Position numbers and translations under genes: made by a program. Shown here piece after piece: positions 50,553-64,000 of a DNA stretch of 64,000 bases (position 1 is its first letter; each line of letters starts with the position of its first letter). Origin of the DNA: Tubulanus polymorphus (lineage: Eukaryota > Animalia > Nemertea); assembly GCF_964204645.1 (NCBI RefSeq), contig NC_134036.1, forward strand, positions 10,829,859-10,893,858, read 5' to 3'. The notes below the pieces were generated by a model. It was not told the DNA's origin, ran no database searches, and worked only from the letters and a program-made list of their open reading frames with translations.

Positions 50553-51525
50553 ACTAAGGATAATCAGACAAAAACAAAAGGCAAGAACATCAACGGGATA
50601 ATCAAGGAATGAGTGAGGGAGCGAGTGAGTGGAAGTGTCAAACGTAGGAAAACAAGCTAACGGGATTAGAATAATGGGGGTACAAGTGAAATTTAGAGAT
50701 CAAAATATTGTAAGGAGAAAAACCGTTATTCAAATTAACACATTTATCCATATTTTCAATAATAAGGGCAGATTCCATAATGTGACGTTTGGTTTTATCG
50801 GGACAGGGAAAGATTATAGCGGCATTATCATAATCAAAATTTTGACTAGTTTCATAACGAGATTAGCTACTCCACTCTCGGGTTTGAAATTTTGACGTCA
50901 TTTTTATGTTCTCTGAGGCGCTTGTTCAAATCACGTCCAGTTTAACTAATATATATTTTATTACATACTTTACAAAGTATTTTGTATACACCAATGTTCA
51001 AAATTACCGTTTTGCAGTTAATTTGAATAACGGATCTTCTCCTCACAATATTTTGATCTCTAAATGTTACGCTTCAATTGTACCCCAATTATTCTAGTCC
51101 CGTTAGCTTGTTTTCCTCCGTTTGAAACGTCCACTCACTCCCTCACTCATTCCTTGATTATCCCTCTGATGTTCTTGCCTTTTGTTTTTTGTCTGATTAC
51201 TCCTTAGTTTGTCTGCCTTCGATCCCTCTGGTCTTTGTTTTTAGATTACTTTAATCTCGCACTACATCCCCTTAGTTTGTCGTTTGCCTTCTTTGTTTTT
51301 TTCCTTAGTGTTCCGGTTTTTGTTGTTTAATTACTTTAATCATGATCCTTTAATCTAAATCATTTGTCATATTCTTGTATAAATATCCTGTTATTTGATT
51401 TTGTTCTCAGTACGCCCGATGATGGCTAACCGAAACGTCGTTAGCCGAAACGTCGCTCCTCAAATACAATCATTCTGATATAGAATTTTTTAATCTTGGC
51501 TTCGTTATTGTGGGATTTTTCTCGC
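50553..51525 (-). mobile_element. Penelope-like element 3' remnant: GIY-YIG fragment between inverted pseudo-LTRs
   Basis: Minus strand GVYKILCKVCNKIYIS*TGRDLNKRLREHK (~50900-50992); inverted repeats 50553-50720 and 51035-51208. Confidence 0.85.
51414..51456 (+). ncRNA. Hammerhead ribozyme variant in the Penelope pseudo-LTR
   Basis: gc-CCGATGA-t-ggctaac(cgaaacgtc)gttagcc-GAAAC-GTC-gc; one core substitution. Confidence 0.7.
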
Positions 51526-54500
51526 CATGCTCATATTTACGTATGAATATTTATTCTTAGAACGATAGGACTTTATGCTCCTCGTGTTCAATCTAAAATT
51601 AAAACTTATTTTATAGACACTTACTAGTGATATGACAGTTATATATCCTATAATTCCATCGGACTGTGTGACAATATCAATTTGTAAAATGTGTTTAGTA
51701 ATATATAAAAAAGGTACTTGACGAAGTGTGAGCGTATAGGAAACACTTTACAGGCGTTGAGACAAAACACTAGGTCACACGACGGATCCGGACTAATTGC
51801 AATTCTAAATCCGTGATTTACGATTCAGTTTGACGCTGGAGGTCGTCCATTTCTTGGCTTTTCGGGATGTATATTCATCAATGGATGACAATGCTTCGGG
51901 TTATTCTTGTCGCTGTTTAGACCCGGTAATTACTCGGGATTAATTCATTAATATACGCAAATTCGGAATGGTCAGACGCTGAGTTATATTTCTGTCAGAA
52001 TTGAAAATTATGTGTATAAGCTGTTGGTCGTCGAATCTGAGAGGAGTTACATTTTATGAAAAACATTTGTTTGGAAAGTGGAAAAGATAATAATCACGAG
52101 AATTACAATACGGTTTCTGCGAAGCAGTAGAAACGCTAATAATACCAATGATTGAACGGCTAGATATTGATTGAAACTCATATCAGCATTTTGTTAAACC
52201 AAAAATCAATACACACCCGGCATCACTATGTACATTCACGGAGCCATAAGTACACCTGAGCCATTCGCTTTGACAGTAAATCATTATATTTAAAGAGCTG
52301 TCGCTTATCAGTGTTTCTGAATATTACTTTTTCATATGTTATTTTTGGTATTCTCCCTGATGTACTGCGCATGTTTAATATAGATCATTTTGACTAGTAA
52401 CACAGCGATCTTACACCTGAGATTATCAGTGACAACGGAATCAGATAACTTTGTCGAACAATTTCCTGTGCGTATTTGCTTCGAATTCTTAGTGCAGCCC
52501 CGAGCGCCGAATAAATTCGGTACTTGATAAATTGAAATTCAAACTCACTTGTGACGTTGTTTTAAAAGGCTGCAACGACTTATTTTCTTATGTTCCTTAT
52601 TTGAATAGATTTTCTAATTTTTTTAGCTTTTACGAAATTATAGCTGCATTCTGATCCATGCATTCATAGCTTAAAAGAAACTTGAAATTAAATCGCGAAT
52701 TTGTTTTCCAATTTTTTTTCATCAGCAAACGTAGAACATGACTAAGATACAATGTAGAATGCATATGAATAAACATGCTGCTTTTAAAGAGCTGTCGCTT
52801 TTCTCTGTTCAACAACAATTCAATTCAACTATTCAGACCAAAAAATTAAACAGAAATAAGAAAATAAAAAAGACACTGATTGGACTATGTTTGGCTACAA
52901 TTCACATGTTATGAGGACTCTGGCCTTAAACGTTTTTGAAATAACAAATGAACAAAAAACACCAGCAATTAAACATATTATCAGTGGACTCTAAAAACGC
53001 ATTGTTCACTGTTTAAATTTTGCATGTGAACATATGAAAAATTACTGCAATTTCAAAAACGGCTCAAAAGATCGCATACACGAGTGATGTCGATTGCATG
53101 AAACATGTGTCCTTATAGCAAACTTTGTCAAGGATTTTTGGCACTTGATTCAAGCAAACATTTTACAAGTGCAGTTTTCCAGACCGGTTTTATCAATAAA
53201 ATGGTAAGTGAGTCCCGGATATTTATTCAATCATGTTATATTCTCCGGAAAAAAATAATGGAACATTTTTCATATATTTGATTTTTCTTACTGTTGAATA
53301 AGCCGGTTATTTATTATATATAACGAGGAAGCGAGCATTTAACGGCGGGAACTGATCTTAATTTTTCCACATGTAACACGTTTTTACCGATTTCAAGAAT
53401 ACAACGATAGTGCTTTATATTTTAATCGGTTTATCTGACGCTCGAGCCTTCGCATCTAATGTAAAGAAGCTTCATCTGGTGTATGAGCATACCATTTATA
53501 TTAACAACAAAGATCTCAAGACGGGACAGTATAGATTTCTATGTCGATAAACGGCTTTTACAGATTGCTATCACCAAATAGAATATTCTAGTGCTAGTTT
53601 ACAGTCCAGGAACAAGTTTTCAAGTTCGGTTACATTTGACTCTAGAATTAATATGACTCGTTACGTTGTGTATGTGAATGTGAGCATGGAGTTCATATTT
53701 TAGTCCCGTTCACGGAATGGATTCATTTATATGGATATAAATCAGTATCATGCACAAACTATCTGAAATAGATGAAATTGTGTAGATACTCAAATAACAC
53801 GTTTTATTGCAAGCCATCTGCCATAAAAATCAACATCACGAAGAGCAAAGCAAACGATGAAAATTGTATTTTGGCGTCCTGTGTTTCTATAAATACTCAA
53901 ATCTATACACTACAACTTACAGCAGCAGTGGTAGACATCATCAACTAGACAAAGTACACGGTAAGTGCATATTGCGATGGAACATGCAGAAAACCAGGTA
54001 GACTACTCTCCATTACATTTAAGTCTAACGTATTATGTAAGATTTATATATCCGTAGGTACCATATACCAATATAAGCGTCTTGTAAACGGCTACAGAAC
54101 ACAACTAAAATCGCCAATCTATATCTAAAGGCTTAGCAGCTGGGCACGAAACTTTTATCAAATTGGCGTCCTATATTTATCACCCCAAGGGCCCAAATGG
54201 TTTATCGCATAACTGTTTATCCTTCTGACCCTGTATAAACAAATTTCGAGTCCGTGCGAATCCAGAAACCCAACCATAAGAAATGCATGCATATGATAGT
54301 ACATACACACTGCAGATGGCTACTCTTTGAAAGCTTCGTAAATTGCGATTATAGAGTCTTAACGTGGTACAAATGAATTGATTTAGGATAATAAAATGTG
54401 CAGTGTTTTATCAATGCATCGTAGTACGTTTTTGACATGAACGGACTCCGTTAGAATTCATAGACCGTCTTAATATATTTCATCCGTGCATCAAAGTTAC

Positions 54501-54585
54501 AGCTAGATGGTCACATTCTTCGGTAGAACATTTATGTATGAAAATATCTAAGTCAGGGTGATTAGATGACAGACCAAGCCGATAT

Positions 54586-54790
54586 ATGCTATCTATGTTT
54601 AGATATCTATCTATGGCTGACCATCCCAGAAACTGTAAGAATAGCTTACCACATAGCGGGGCTCTACGTATTGAAAGAAAAGGTTCAAACGATGAACTGT
54701 TCGAAGAGAGATGTAGAGCCCTTAAAGATCAATTGATTGAAAGAGGTTATAAAGAATCAGAAATAGATAAACGAATTATTAGGGAAGATA
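54586..54790 (+). pseudogene. Penelope-like RT C-terminal fragment
   Basis: YL...HP..CKNSLPHS.ALRI.R..SN...F......L...LIERGY pattern. Confidence 0.75.
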
Positions 54791-56815
54791 AAATAGTATT
54801 ATCTTAAACCTCATCAAATATGGACAGTATAAAGAGAGGATTGGGGCATATTTTATGAATATCCAATGTCAAAAGGCGTTAGCGCTATCCATGGTTGTCC
54901 ATTATATTCAACCTCATAATTCCACTTATCAGATGCCTTTGATTTTTATACATTTTGAAATATTCCTAGTAGGAAAATGACACCGATAGCTCTAGATTAT
55001 TCGGCCAAGTTATTTTGATCACAGGGTCATCGTTGCGAACCAGTGAGCGCTCTATTGGATGAACCATATCTATAAAACCAGCTCAATTTCTACTTAACAA
55101 GGATTATCACGTACAGATTAACCAACAGGTAATCAATCGTTAGTGATTTTAATAATGCACTTTATTCTTAAACTTAACATCATGTTAGTATGGCAAAATT
55201 TAGCTTTTCAGTTGCTTTTCAGATCCAGCAGGCACTCAGCAAAACTTAACAGAACAAATCCATTTCCAAATGTCCTTAATTGTACATGAACAGTATCAAT
55301 GCTGGTCCCCCTATCGCTTGTGAGAACCATGAATGTTCTCTGTTCGATGGGAGTAGTACTGGGAGTAGCATTGCCATCTTTTTTCTACCCAGAGAGTTAC
55401 AAATGACTTGTCAATAGCTTTGTTCACTAATCTGTTGGGTCTAGTAATGCATCCATGACAAACACCTCTTGACTTCACGGTTCACTGCAATGGGTTTGAA
55501 GACAAAACTATTCGACCGAATCAAAATTTGTTTTGGGTCATTCCTTCTATATTGATTTTCTATCAACCTATATGAATATTGAAGGATGCTGATGAGTAGA
55601 AGAATGAGGTTGCATTTTATTGGACCACCCTGCATAGACCAATAAACTATCAAACTGATTTTTGTTTGCAGATAATTGCAGTCAAGCTGAAAATTCGAGG
55701 TAATAAGTGTATGAGCATCGGGTGAAGGGCGTCATCATTCAAATCAATCGTTATCTAGGACGTAATCAGTCGTTTGTAAGACATTAAGTCATCGTCAGAA
55801 ATGATCACAAATTTTGTTTCGCTTTTAGAATGGTTGTTAACGCTCTCATTATTACCTCGGCCTTATTCATGGTTATTGAAACTATAAAAGGTACGTAATT
55901 CAAATGTTTGGCCGGTTTTTTATAGGTTGGATTACACATCCGCCGACGAACGTTTCTAATTTCTTGGTTTAAAATATATTTCAATTCTATCTCAGCGTCC
56001 ACTAGTATGGTTATGAAAATAAACTTATTCATTGTTTTCCACAGCCACGTCATCTTACAAATATAAATAAACCGGTCATTATGGTTGTTCCTTGCAAAAA
56101 AGGGATCACTTCAATCATTTAACGCCAAGACGTAAATTCGTATATCATCAATCAGTATATATTCTAATATCCGTTTCGTTTGTTCGATGACATGAGATTA
56201 CTGAAAAATACAGAAATCATACCAACTTTCAGTAAACAATGATATAATTACATAACACATCAAACTAATAATTAAATTACACTTAAATAACAGAAATCTT
56301 TTTTAGACCACTTTTGAAGTACATAATATAACAAGAATAAAAATACAAACATACCGTGATATTTGGCTCCATAAAAATCCCTACATTCTATATTAGACTC
56401 CGAAATTCTTAAAGGTCTATGAGCCATTTCCAGTTATAACTTGTCAGTACAAGCACCAGTATTCCAGTGACAAATAAATGCAGAAATGCAGAAATGCAGA
56501 AATGGTCATATGACCAGAATTTACACAATACCTTGAATGAAACAAATTCTAAAGGCCTAAAAGCTGTTCAAATACACACAAAAACCAGATAGAATATATT
56601 GAAATACTAAGCTTATGGCAAATATATGAATAGAAATTCACAATGAAAAAGTCAGATATCTCACATACAAATAATAGCCAACAGTACATAAATTGTCCGT
56701 ACAATGGTATCGTCACGCTAATTAATATAGTTTTAAAATTCAACATCCTTGCCTAAAATTAATGTATAACTGATTATTATTTGCTCAACAGTGGCAAAAC
56801 ACATGTTAAATAGCT

Positions 56816-57264
56816 ACGGTACAGCCTAGAATAAACATAACTCCGTTTTTGTTTGCGTTTAGCTTCATATCGTTCAAACCGCGTTCTGTAATTCGTTTGC
56901 GTTTAGTTCCCACCGCGTTCAACACTCGGTAGGGACGAATATCCGTTTCAAAATTACACGTTTCGCTGCACGCTCATGAGTGCAACGAAACTTCGAACGC
57001 TCCTCTATGGCGTTTATAATGTTACTGCATGTAGTTTACCATGAAGTCATCCAAATACAAGAAGTTGCACTCGAATAGAAGGGAGCTACTTTTAATACCT
57101 GCATTCAATGTGGCGCGCCAGACGCGTTAAATTTGAACCGTGGTAGTAACCAGTTCGATTCACGTTTCAATTTCGTTTTAATAAAAAACTAATAACAAAA
57201 ACGCAACGACCTCCGACGAACGCCGGACGCGTAATAAGTTATGTTACTTCTTGGCTGTACCGTA
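56816..57264. mobile_element. MITE, ~450 bp
   Basis: TIRs tacggtacagcc.agaa.aacataact and agttatgtt.cttct.ggctgtaccgta. Confidence 0.75.
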
Positions 57265-60107
57265 TTACATTACATCCATCGGAAGTTTCAAAGTTTTGAA
57301 TCATAGAAAACATAGCTATCATACCTTATCATAAACAATTAAGTGAAACTACTATTCCAGTTAAATTTCACTCCGAGTTACACATCATCCTCAGCTAGCC
57401 CTAACTCCTGTTTTGCAAACATACATTTCGAAATTTCTCTACCTACTTTTACTTCGAGCGAAAACTAATATTTTAGTTTTATAAACATGAAGGCGGTTGT
57501 TGGTGCAATATTCACATAGTGTATCTAAATGTAACTGGAGAGATTTCTCATCGTCAGCACGAGTGGCCGTGTAGTCCGCGTAAAGGATCAAGTAAAGCCC
57601 CCTAGTTACGGATTACAATTCAGATTCAGATTATCAATAAACGACAAAGTTTGTTTACCGCGCGTAAAAAAGTAGTCTTCGATATCGTTTAGAAATTAGG
57701 AAAATAGAATAGGTGAACAATTTTCGCCAATTATCAACCTTCTACCTGCAGCAAAATGTTTTGACGCGTTACCTTAAGCTGATTTGACCGAGTTATCTAT
57801 TTACTATGTTTTAAGGAAAGCTTTCTTAAAATCAAGAAAGGCGCAAATAGTATTCTTCCGTGACTAAGGTAAAATTCATACGAATTTTCAGCATGTAAAT
57901 ATGATAGTCAAATATTTAGGTCTAAAACCATTTTGTGCTTCAAATTGTAATATTCGAATCAAGGAACGTTGAATACTTTTGATCAAGAATATTCGTACAT
58001 AATTCACCGAAACAGCTAACTAACGTGTAATTTCAGGATTATTAGCATCGCATTTCACTTTAAAAACAGGAATGATTATTATTAATTACATACAATGTTC
58101 TAGAAAAACATAAATACCAATATTAGCTCCATTTTAGTAGCACTAGTAGGATTTAGCATTTGCCCGATACTATTTCGGATTACTGATTTCACAATCTAAG
58201 TTCCTGAATAAACGTTTCTTTCTAATTTCTCATTTTTTCGCGGATGATTTATTGATATTACTTGGACGAATTCTTCATAGTTACAAGGTTAGAAGGGTTA
58301 GGACAGCCTCGATATCTGCTTTTCTTAAATCTTATTATTTAAGTGCATCCCTACGGCTCAGACTAAATCACTTATAATGAACCGAAATTTATATGTCTTC
58401 TACTTCATCTATGGTACATCAAATTAACACGCGGTAATAATGCCAATAATGCCATTGGTAAAATAACCAGAGGTAAAAATGCCAGGGAGGTGAAAATACC
58501 AGGGATGTAAAAAAAGGAAATATTCATTATATCTGATATTCATATTAAAAATTATAATAACAAACACACAATTTAAATTTTCGATTTGGTTTATCATATA
58601 AACTGGTGTGTCAAATTTTAATCGTTAACTATTCATTTAATTGTTGATTCGATATTATGAATGACAACAGGAAATCATTGATCCAAAAGAATGTTATATC
58701 TAAAATGTGCATTCAATTTCTAATTTCCAATATTCTAAACATACGTTGCATCTGAATTGTCATTTTGTATAAATAACACTCGATCGTGTCCAATGTTAGC
58801 GTATATATGTTTTCATCTTTTAATTGCCTAAGGCTTGAGGTTTTTTTTTATAAATTACTGATACTTACTTATTAATTTAATTTCAATTATCTACATTTAG
58901 ATTTTTCATTATTTTAAAGAAGTTGTTGATTCAATTCTTCAAAGTTAAGTTGTATCTAAATATGCATATTCAGGAATATCAAGTGTTTCGTGTACAGGGT
59001 TACCAGTACTGGGTAAATTACCTTCTCGTATCACCCCGTTTCCACAGCTGCCACAGCCTCCTCCGTGTCAACCTAATGTTAAAATTTATGTCACGCCTTT
59101 AGTTTGGGAACTTGCAGAGGATGCTGTAGGTGTCATCGACGGTTTTTCATTCGAGCTATAATCAAAATGAAGAGTCTATCAAATTCAAATATGGAATCAA
59201 TTATTTCTGTTTGTAGCTTGCGTTGACGAACACGCATTGTGTAGAACATGGGTTTCATATTGTTCCACCCACACCTTTGTCGTTTCAATTTGTAAACGGA
59301 CTTGCGACCTTTGCTGGTAAGTAAGTTTGTTACGACGGAACTACTGTTGTTTTTATCTATAAGGAAAATAATTATAGTTTTATTCAACCAACAATGTATG
59401 TGTAATGGCAGCTACAGATCATTTAGAACAATTTTCACCGTAGCTGGTGTCAGCAATGGTATGCGTGATCCGTATTACCCTGACATCTCTTATCGCATAC
59501 CTTTGAACTGCTAGAATTAATAACTATTTCAATCTTGACGAACAGTTTTTGTTCGATAATATCATGAATCATTATTTTGATGTCAGATCAGCAAGACCAT
59601 TTCATATTGATTTCAGATCTTTTATTAACTAACGAGTCGATAGCTTCACAGTCGCAGTCAGTCAGTAATTATACAAATTGTATCACAACTGTGAACGTAT
59701 GTCAGTTCCTCGATACTGAAATATACAAACATCTTAACACATAATTGTTATTTGATTCTTTGTCTGTAGCTTTATTTATGCACGTCTCGATACGAATGCG
59801 AAAAACACAGCTAACAACGAAAGATTAACTGGGACAACAAAAAATACAGAGATAAGAAAGGAATGCTACGACGTGGTTATGTTATATAGGGCGCTGCCCT
59901 TTATATACAATATAAGTAGCCTAAAAACTAAACATAAATACAGCGTCAAACCTTAACGAAACGAAGTGAATACACACTCGAGACGTCACGACCATGACAG
60001 AGTTTGATAACAGTAAACGGTACCAGCCAAGAGCAAGCTGTAATCCGCCGGTAAAACATAAACTGAACAAAGGTAAAACTTCGACAACGAAAGAAGGACA
60101 ATTTAGA

Positions 60108-60630
60108 GAGAATCCCACAATGATAATAAAAAGTCCGAAAATGAAACTTCGAGATAGTAGTTTATTTCAACGTTTCGACTATATACTAATAGTCATCTTC
60201 AGGAATAATGAGATACTACAAAAATTATGAGATATATATATACAATTCAGGGACAAAGAGACTAATTCAAGTAATCAGAGATGATACAAACTAAAAAAAA
60301 TTAACGTAGAAACAGTTACACGCTAAAATAGATTAAAGGGAACCAATGGGTAGATTTAGATATAAGTTTATTATGGGGTGAAAAACAATGGTTTTTCACC
60401 CCATAATAAACTTATATCTAAATTCCTCTATAAACTGGTTAAACTCAACACGTGATTTCCCCTTTGATCCTTTGTTATTTGTCACTCATCAATTTTAGTC
60501 TCTCAACTTGTATTCACCATTGTTTTAATTTGAGTGCCCCTTAGTTTGTCTCTTTACTACTGATTTTAAGTTTCAATTTATATTTATACTCACTATTGTT
60601 GTATAAAATTACCCCTTGGTTCCCTTTAAT
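60108..60630. mobile_element. Penelope-like inverted pseudo-LTR remnant with a perfect 33-bp-arm hairpin at 60354-60423
   Basis: Hammerhead on the minus strand; attaaagggaaccaa and ttggttccctttaat inverted; central palindrome with a 4-nt loop. Confidence 0.65.
60166..60205 (-). ncRNA. Minimal type I hammerhead ribozyme
   Basis: Reverse complement ttc-CTGAAGA-t-gactat(tagtat)atagtc-GAAAC-GTT-gaa. Confidence 0.85.
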
Positions 60631-60937
60631 TGGAAAAATAACCGAGACTTACCTGGAAGTTGAAGGTTGTTTCTAATTCTGTCTAACTGCTGACCAATGA
60701 AGAGGTAACATGAGATACGCATGCGTAGATACTACAGTCAATGTCCAACTTGCGAAATTTATCACAAAGTTACGATGGTGAGGTTAACTGGGTGAGGTTA
60801 AAATAAGGGAGGGCATGTAACCTCTCCATTGGTCAGCAGTTAGACAGAATTAGAAACAACCTTCAACTTCCAGGTAAGTCTAGGTTATTTTTCCAATTCT
60901 ATCTTACTGCTGACGTCATTACGAGGTTCCATGAGAT
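60628..60937. repeat. DIRS right terminal repeat and internal complementary region
   Basis: 60628-60705 is the inverse of 60821-60898 (2 mismatches); the adjacent 60897-60937 resembles 60678-60716. Confidence 0.85.
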
Positions 60938-61272
60938 GTTCAAAGTTGTGATAAATGAGTAAACCATAAAAAACAACTATAAAGCGAATCTAAAATTTAC
61001 CAAAACATAACAGCATATATTTGCTTCAAAATTCAGCAACCCAATCTCAGGGTTTCATAACAAAACATATTTACAGCTCAGGCGAATAAAGCAAAATGTT
61101 CACCTAAAAACCACCAACAACTTATTCATACTAACTGATTTGCAAAAACCACAAAATCCAATCTGTCAAAACCAAGCAGTAAGTTATCTAACAAATAACT
61201 ACTCAAACTCAATGATTTTTAACAATCTTTCAACAATGCATAAAACAGATTTGTATACACGAATATTCCAAT

Positions 61273-62926
61273 TCAAATTACATTGAAATTTGATTCATCA
61301 GGTACAGGTTTCCTGTAATATTTTCTAAACACTGATAGATTTGACCATCCTGCCGTCTTTAATGTAGATTGTATAGGCGCATTATTTCTTTCTGCCGCCG
61401 TAGTTGCCGCTGACCTAGTACTGTGAGGCGTAAAAATGTTCATGTCAACTCCTGCCCTTGTAAGCATTACTCTTATCCACCTTGACAATGTATCTCTACT
61501 TATAGGTCCATGTGGTTTCACATATGAAATAAAGAATTGTGTTGTATCACCACGCAATTTTTCTTTTCGATTAAGGTTAACTTTACAATAGTTCACAATA
61601 CAAAGACGTCTGTCTGGTACATAGGCTTTAAATGTTATCTCGGCCTGATGGAAACGTGGCCTGGACTGTTTTAACAAATCACCAAACCGAATTTTTAACT
61701 TGTTTGTGGTAAGCGTTATATTTCTCAAGTCGATCAGATATAGAGACTGTCCTTGTTGTAACCGTTACAACAGTTTATCAAAGCCAGATGGCTATAGTGC
61801 GCGTGGACCTGGTTACCACCGAGATCCCGTGTGAACTCGCGTTTCATAATCAATAACACGTGTATTATTTTGTTTCTAACTAGTTTAAGACTGAGCCTGT
61901 TCTCTCGTTGTATATTTTAATCCTTTTTATAGTAACATTTTGACAGTTTGTAACATTCTCAACAGATTGTAATCATAATTAGTTCCCAACCTGATTTTGT
62001 ATAAAAGCCGCAACAAATATCCTGTAAAATCAGTTCATCTATGCAAGCCTGACTGTACACATCTCTCCGCTAAATAAATCGCTATAGTCTGAAGAAAGTC
62101 TTAAGGTTAGTCATTTCATGACAAAAGGAACGGCTGCTTCAAGGGACAGGACGACGACTCTGCCTTGCTGCTTCAACCAGGGAACGTAACTCCGGCCGAC
62201 TCGCTAATTTTGCTTCTGCCTGGTGACCCGCCTGGCTTTGCTTCTGCCTTGTCGACCCGCCTGGCTTCTGCTTCTGCCCGGCCTTTGCTTTGCTTCTTAC
62301 GTGAACATATACAGTCCTCCTCGCTCGCTTCCTCACTCCCCATCGACTGTCGGTGGAGTGTGCCCGAAACCCCGTGGTGTTGGACCGAGAACTCTCCCAA
62401 CAGTCCTCGTTGACCAGTTAACAGCGCCAGTAATAAAACAAGCTTTAATGTGAGATCTTTTAGTGACAAACTAACTGCCGGAGACAGGCCTTTCAGGAAA
62501 TTTAATACTGGTTCCACCGACCAAATAACCCTATTTCTGGGTAAAGCTGGCCTTAAATTAAATATACCTCTCATGAATCGACTAACTATGGGTACCTGAC
62601 CAATAGGAGTTGGCACTGTAACTTAGGCCTTTAGAATACAACTCAGATAAGAAATCTAATACATTATTTACACTCCCCTCGTAGGGATCAGCATTCCTCG
62701 GAGCACAAAAACCGAGCCATTTGCGAATTTGCGTTGAGTATTGATCACGTGAAGACTCTCGCCACGATGCCGTGATAATGACTCTACCTTCCTGAGAAAA
62801 CATTCCGTCTGTTGTTGTACGCCCGATATCCTCGCCGCGAAAAGATTCATCTTCGGTAGCTCGCTCATCTGTCTCGACGGATGCGTAAGAAGAGTGCTGT
62901 GGAAGATAGGAGAATAGGATAATCAA
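61273..62926 (-). pseudogene. DIRS tyrosine recombinase, frameshifted and split by a solo LTR
   Basis: ORF pieces 62582-62926, 62403-62616 and 61273-61753; LLTGQR|GQSLYLIDL rejoins after removing the insertion. Confidence 0.9.
61754..62402 (+). mobile_element. Solo LTR, 649 bp
   Basis: TGTTG...CAACA ends, 5-bp TSD GTCCT (61749-61753 and 62403-62407), TATAAAA at ~62000, AATAAA at ~62073. Confidence 0.9.
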
Positions 62927-64000
62927 TTAGCATGTTTACACATTTAGAAAACCAATATTGTGTAGTCCAAACAGGAGCCACAATGATTGCCTGAGCACTT
63001 TTTGCTTGGATTTTTTGTAGCGTCTTGCCCACCAAACAGAAGGGTGGAAACGCATAGACTAACTCTTTATTCCACGGTACAGAGAATGCATCAACTGCTT
63101 CTGCCTGTGGATCCGGTTTCCAGGAAAAAAGCCTTGGAACCTTGTGATTATTCCGGGACGCAAAAAGATCAATAGCTGGCTCACCCCAAATTTGACACAA
63201 CTTTCTAAACACTCTGTCATTCAGGCCCCATTCAGTGTTATCATGGTAAGTACGACTCATAGCATCTGCCTCAGTGTTTAGGGCTCCTGGCAGATAAGCA
63301 GCTGTCAACCATAAACCTCTAGCCTTGCACCAAAGCCAAGTTTCCCTAGCTATAGCATTACATTTTTCCTTTCTGCCGCCCATATTATTTAAGAAGGCGA
63401 CCGTGACTTGATTATCAATTCTAATCAAGATATGAGTATCTGTTTCCGTTTTACACAAAGGTTGTAGGGTGAAAAGGGCAGCTTCTATCTCAAGTTGGTT
63501 TATATGTAAAGCTGCTTCCCAGCTAGACCAATTTCCACCCGTCTTAAGATTTCCTCTTGTTCCTCTCCACCCTATGCCACTAGCGTCAGAAGTGAGGAAA
63601 ATTTCTGCTGGGGGCCTGGAGATTGGGTGGCTTTCATTACATTTTGAGTCCACCACTGCAGATCCTCTCTGCACTCTTGATTGAGTTTCATTTTAGCGTT
63701 ATAATTTCCAGCAGAATTTTTCAGCTCTCTAGTCTTAAGATTGTCACACCTTCTATAGTATAGTTTGCCATACTCAACGGCCTGAAAACTAGCCACCATC
63801 GTACCCACTAGTACTGCTAAGTCCTGTATCTTAATAGACTCTTTCTTGAGGGCGTTGCTGGCAAGTTTCAAAATTTTTTCCCTACTTTCTTGAGTGAGGA
63901 TATAGTCATTTTTATAGAATCAAAAAACCACGCCAGCAAACGTAACCCTTTGAGCAGGGTCCATCATTGATTTTACAGGATGAGTAATGAAACCTGCGCA
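62865..64000 (-). pseudogene. DIRS pol (RT C-terminus, RNase H, methyltransferase-like domain), frameshifted
   Basis: ORFs 63572-63871 and 62865-63674. Confidence 0.9.

Larger units (their letters stand above)
60628..64000 (-). mobile_element. DIRS1-like tyrosine-recombinase retrotransposon (continues beyond window), decayed
   Basis: RT end, RNase H (LTSDASGIGW, HINQLE, IRIDN), MTase-like domain (IDLFAS..YAFPPF), tyrosine recombinase (HSTRSA..AGW..FRKYY), terminal repeat/ICR pair. Confidence 0.95.

Noticed and set aside
55200-56053. Minus-strand coding-like stretch vaguely resembling a glycosyltransferase
   Set aside because: Many stops and no diagnostic motif; needs a translated search.
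62139-62453. Overlapping GC-rich ORFs
   Set aside because: They arise from low-complexity gcttctgcc repeats inside the solo LTR.

Overview
Repeat-dense, AT-rich eukaryotic DNA, probably from an invertebrate; the species cannot be determined from sequence alone. 1-29.3 kb is a nest of mobile elements built around two decayed copies of a Polinton/Maverick (adintovirus-like) endogenous virus. It encodes a protein-primed PolB, a minor capsid/penton, an A32-like packaging ATPase and several membrane-type proteins; copy 1 adjoins a giant-virus-type HNH nuclease remnant. The copies are interleaved with a 5'-truncated LINE, an IS3EU-like transposon, hairpin-ended non-autonomous elements and MITEs. 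Nearly every gene of copy 2 starts at TAAATG (a poxvirus late-promoter-like initiator), and its left end is a branched 212-bp hairpin. 40-50 kb holds a cluster of spliced, secreted cystine-knot (conotoxin framework VI/VII-like) peptide genes that the ORF track misses or mis-calls: two intact 50-aa precursors on opposite strands and one pseudogene, with conserved signal peptides and UTRs but hypervariable mature regions. Penelope-like remnants carry four minimal hammerhead ribozyme motifs. The window ends in a DIRS1-like tyrosine-recombinase retrotransposon interrupted by a solo LTR. Family assignments come from motif recognition by eye, not database searches.
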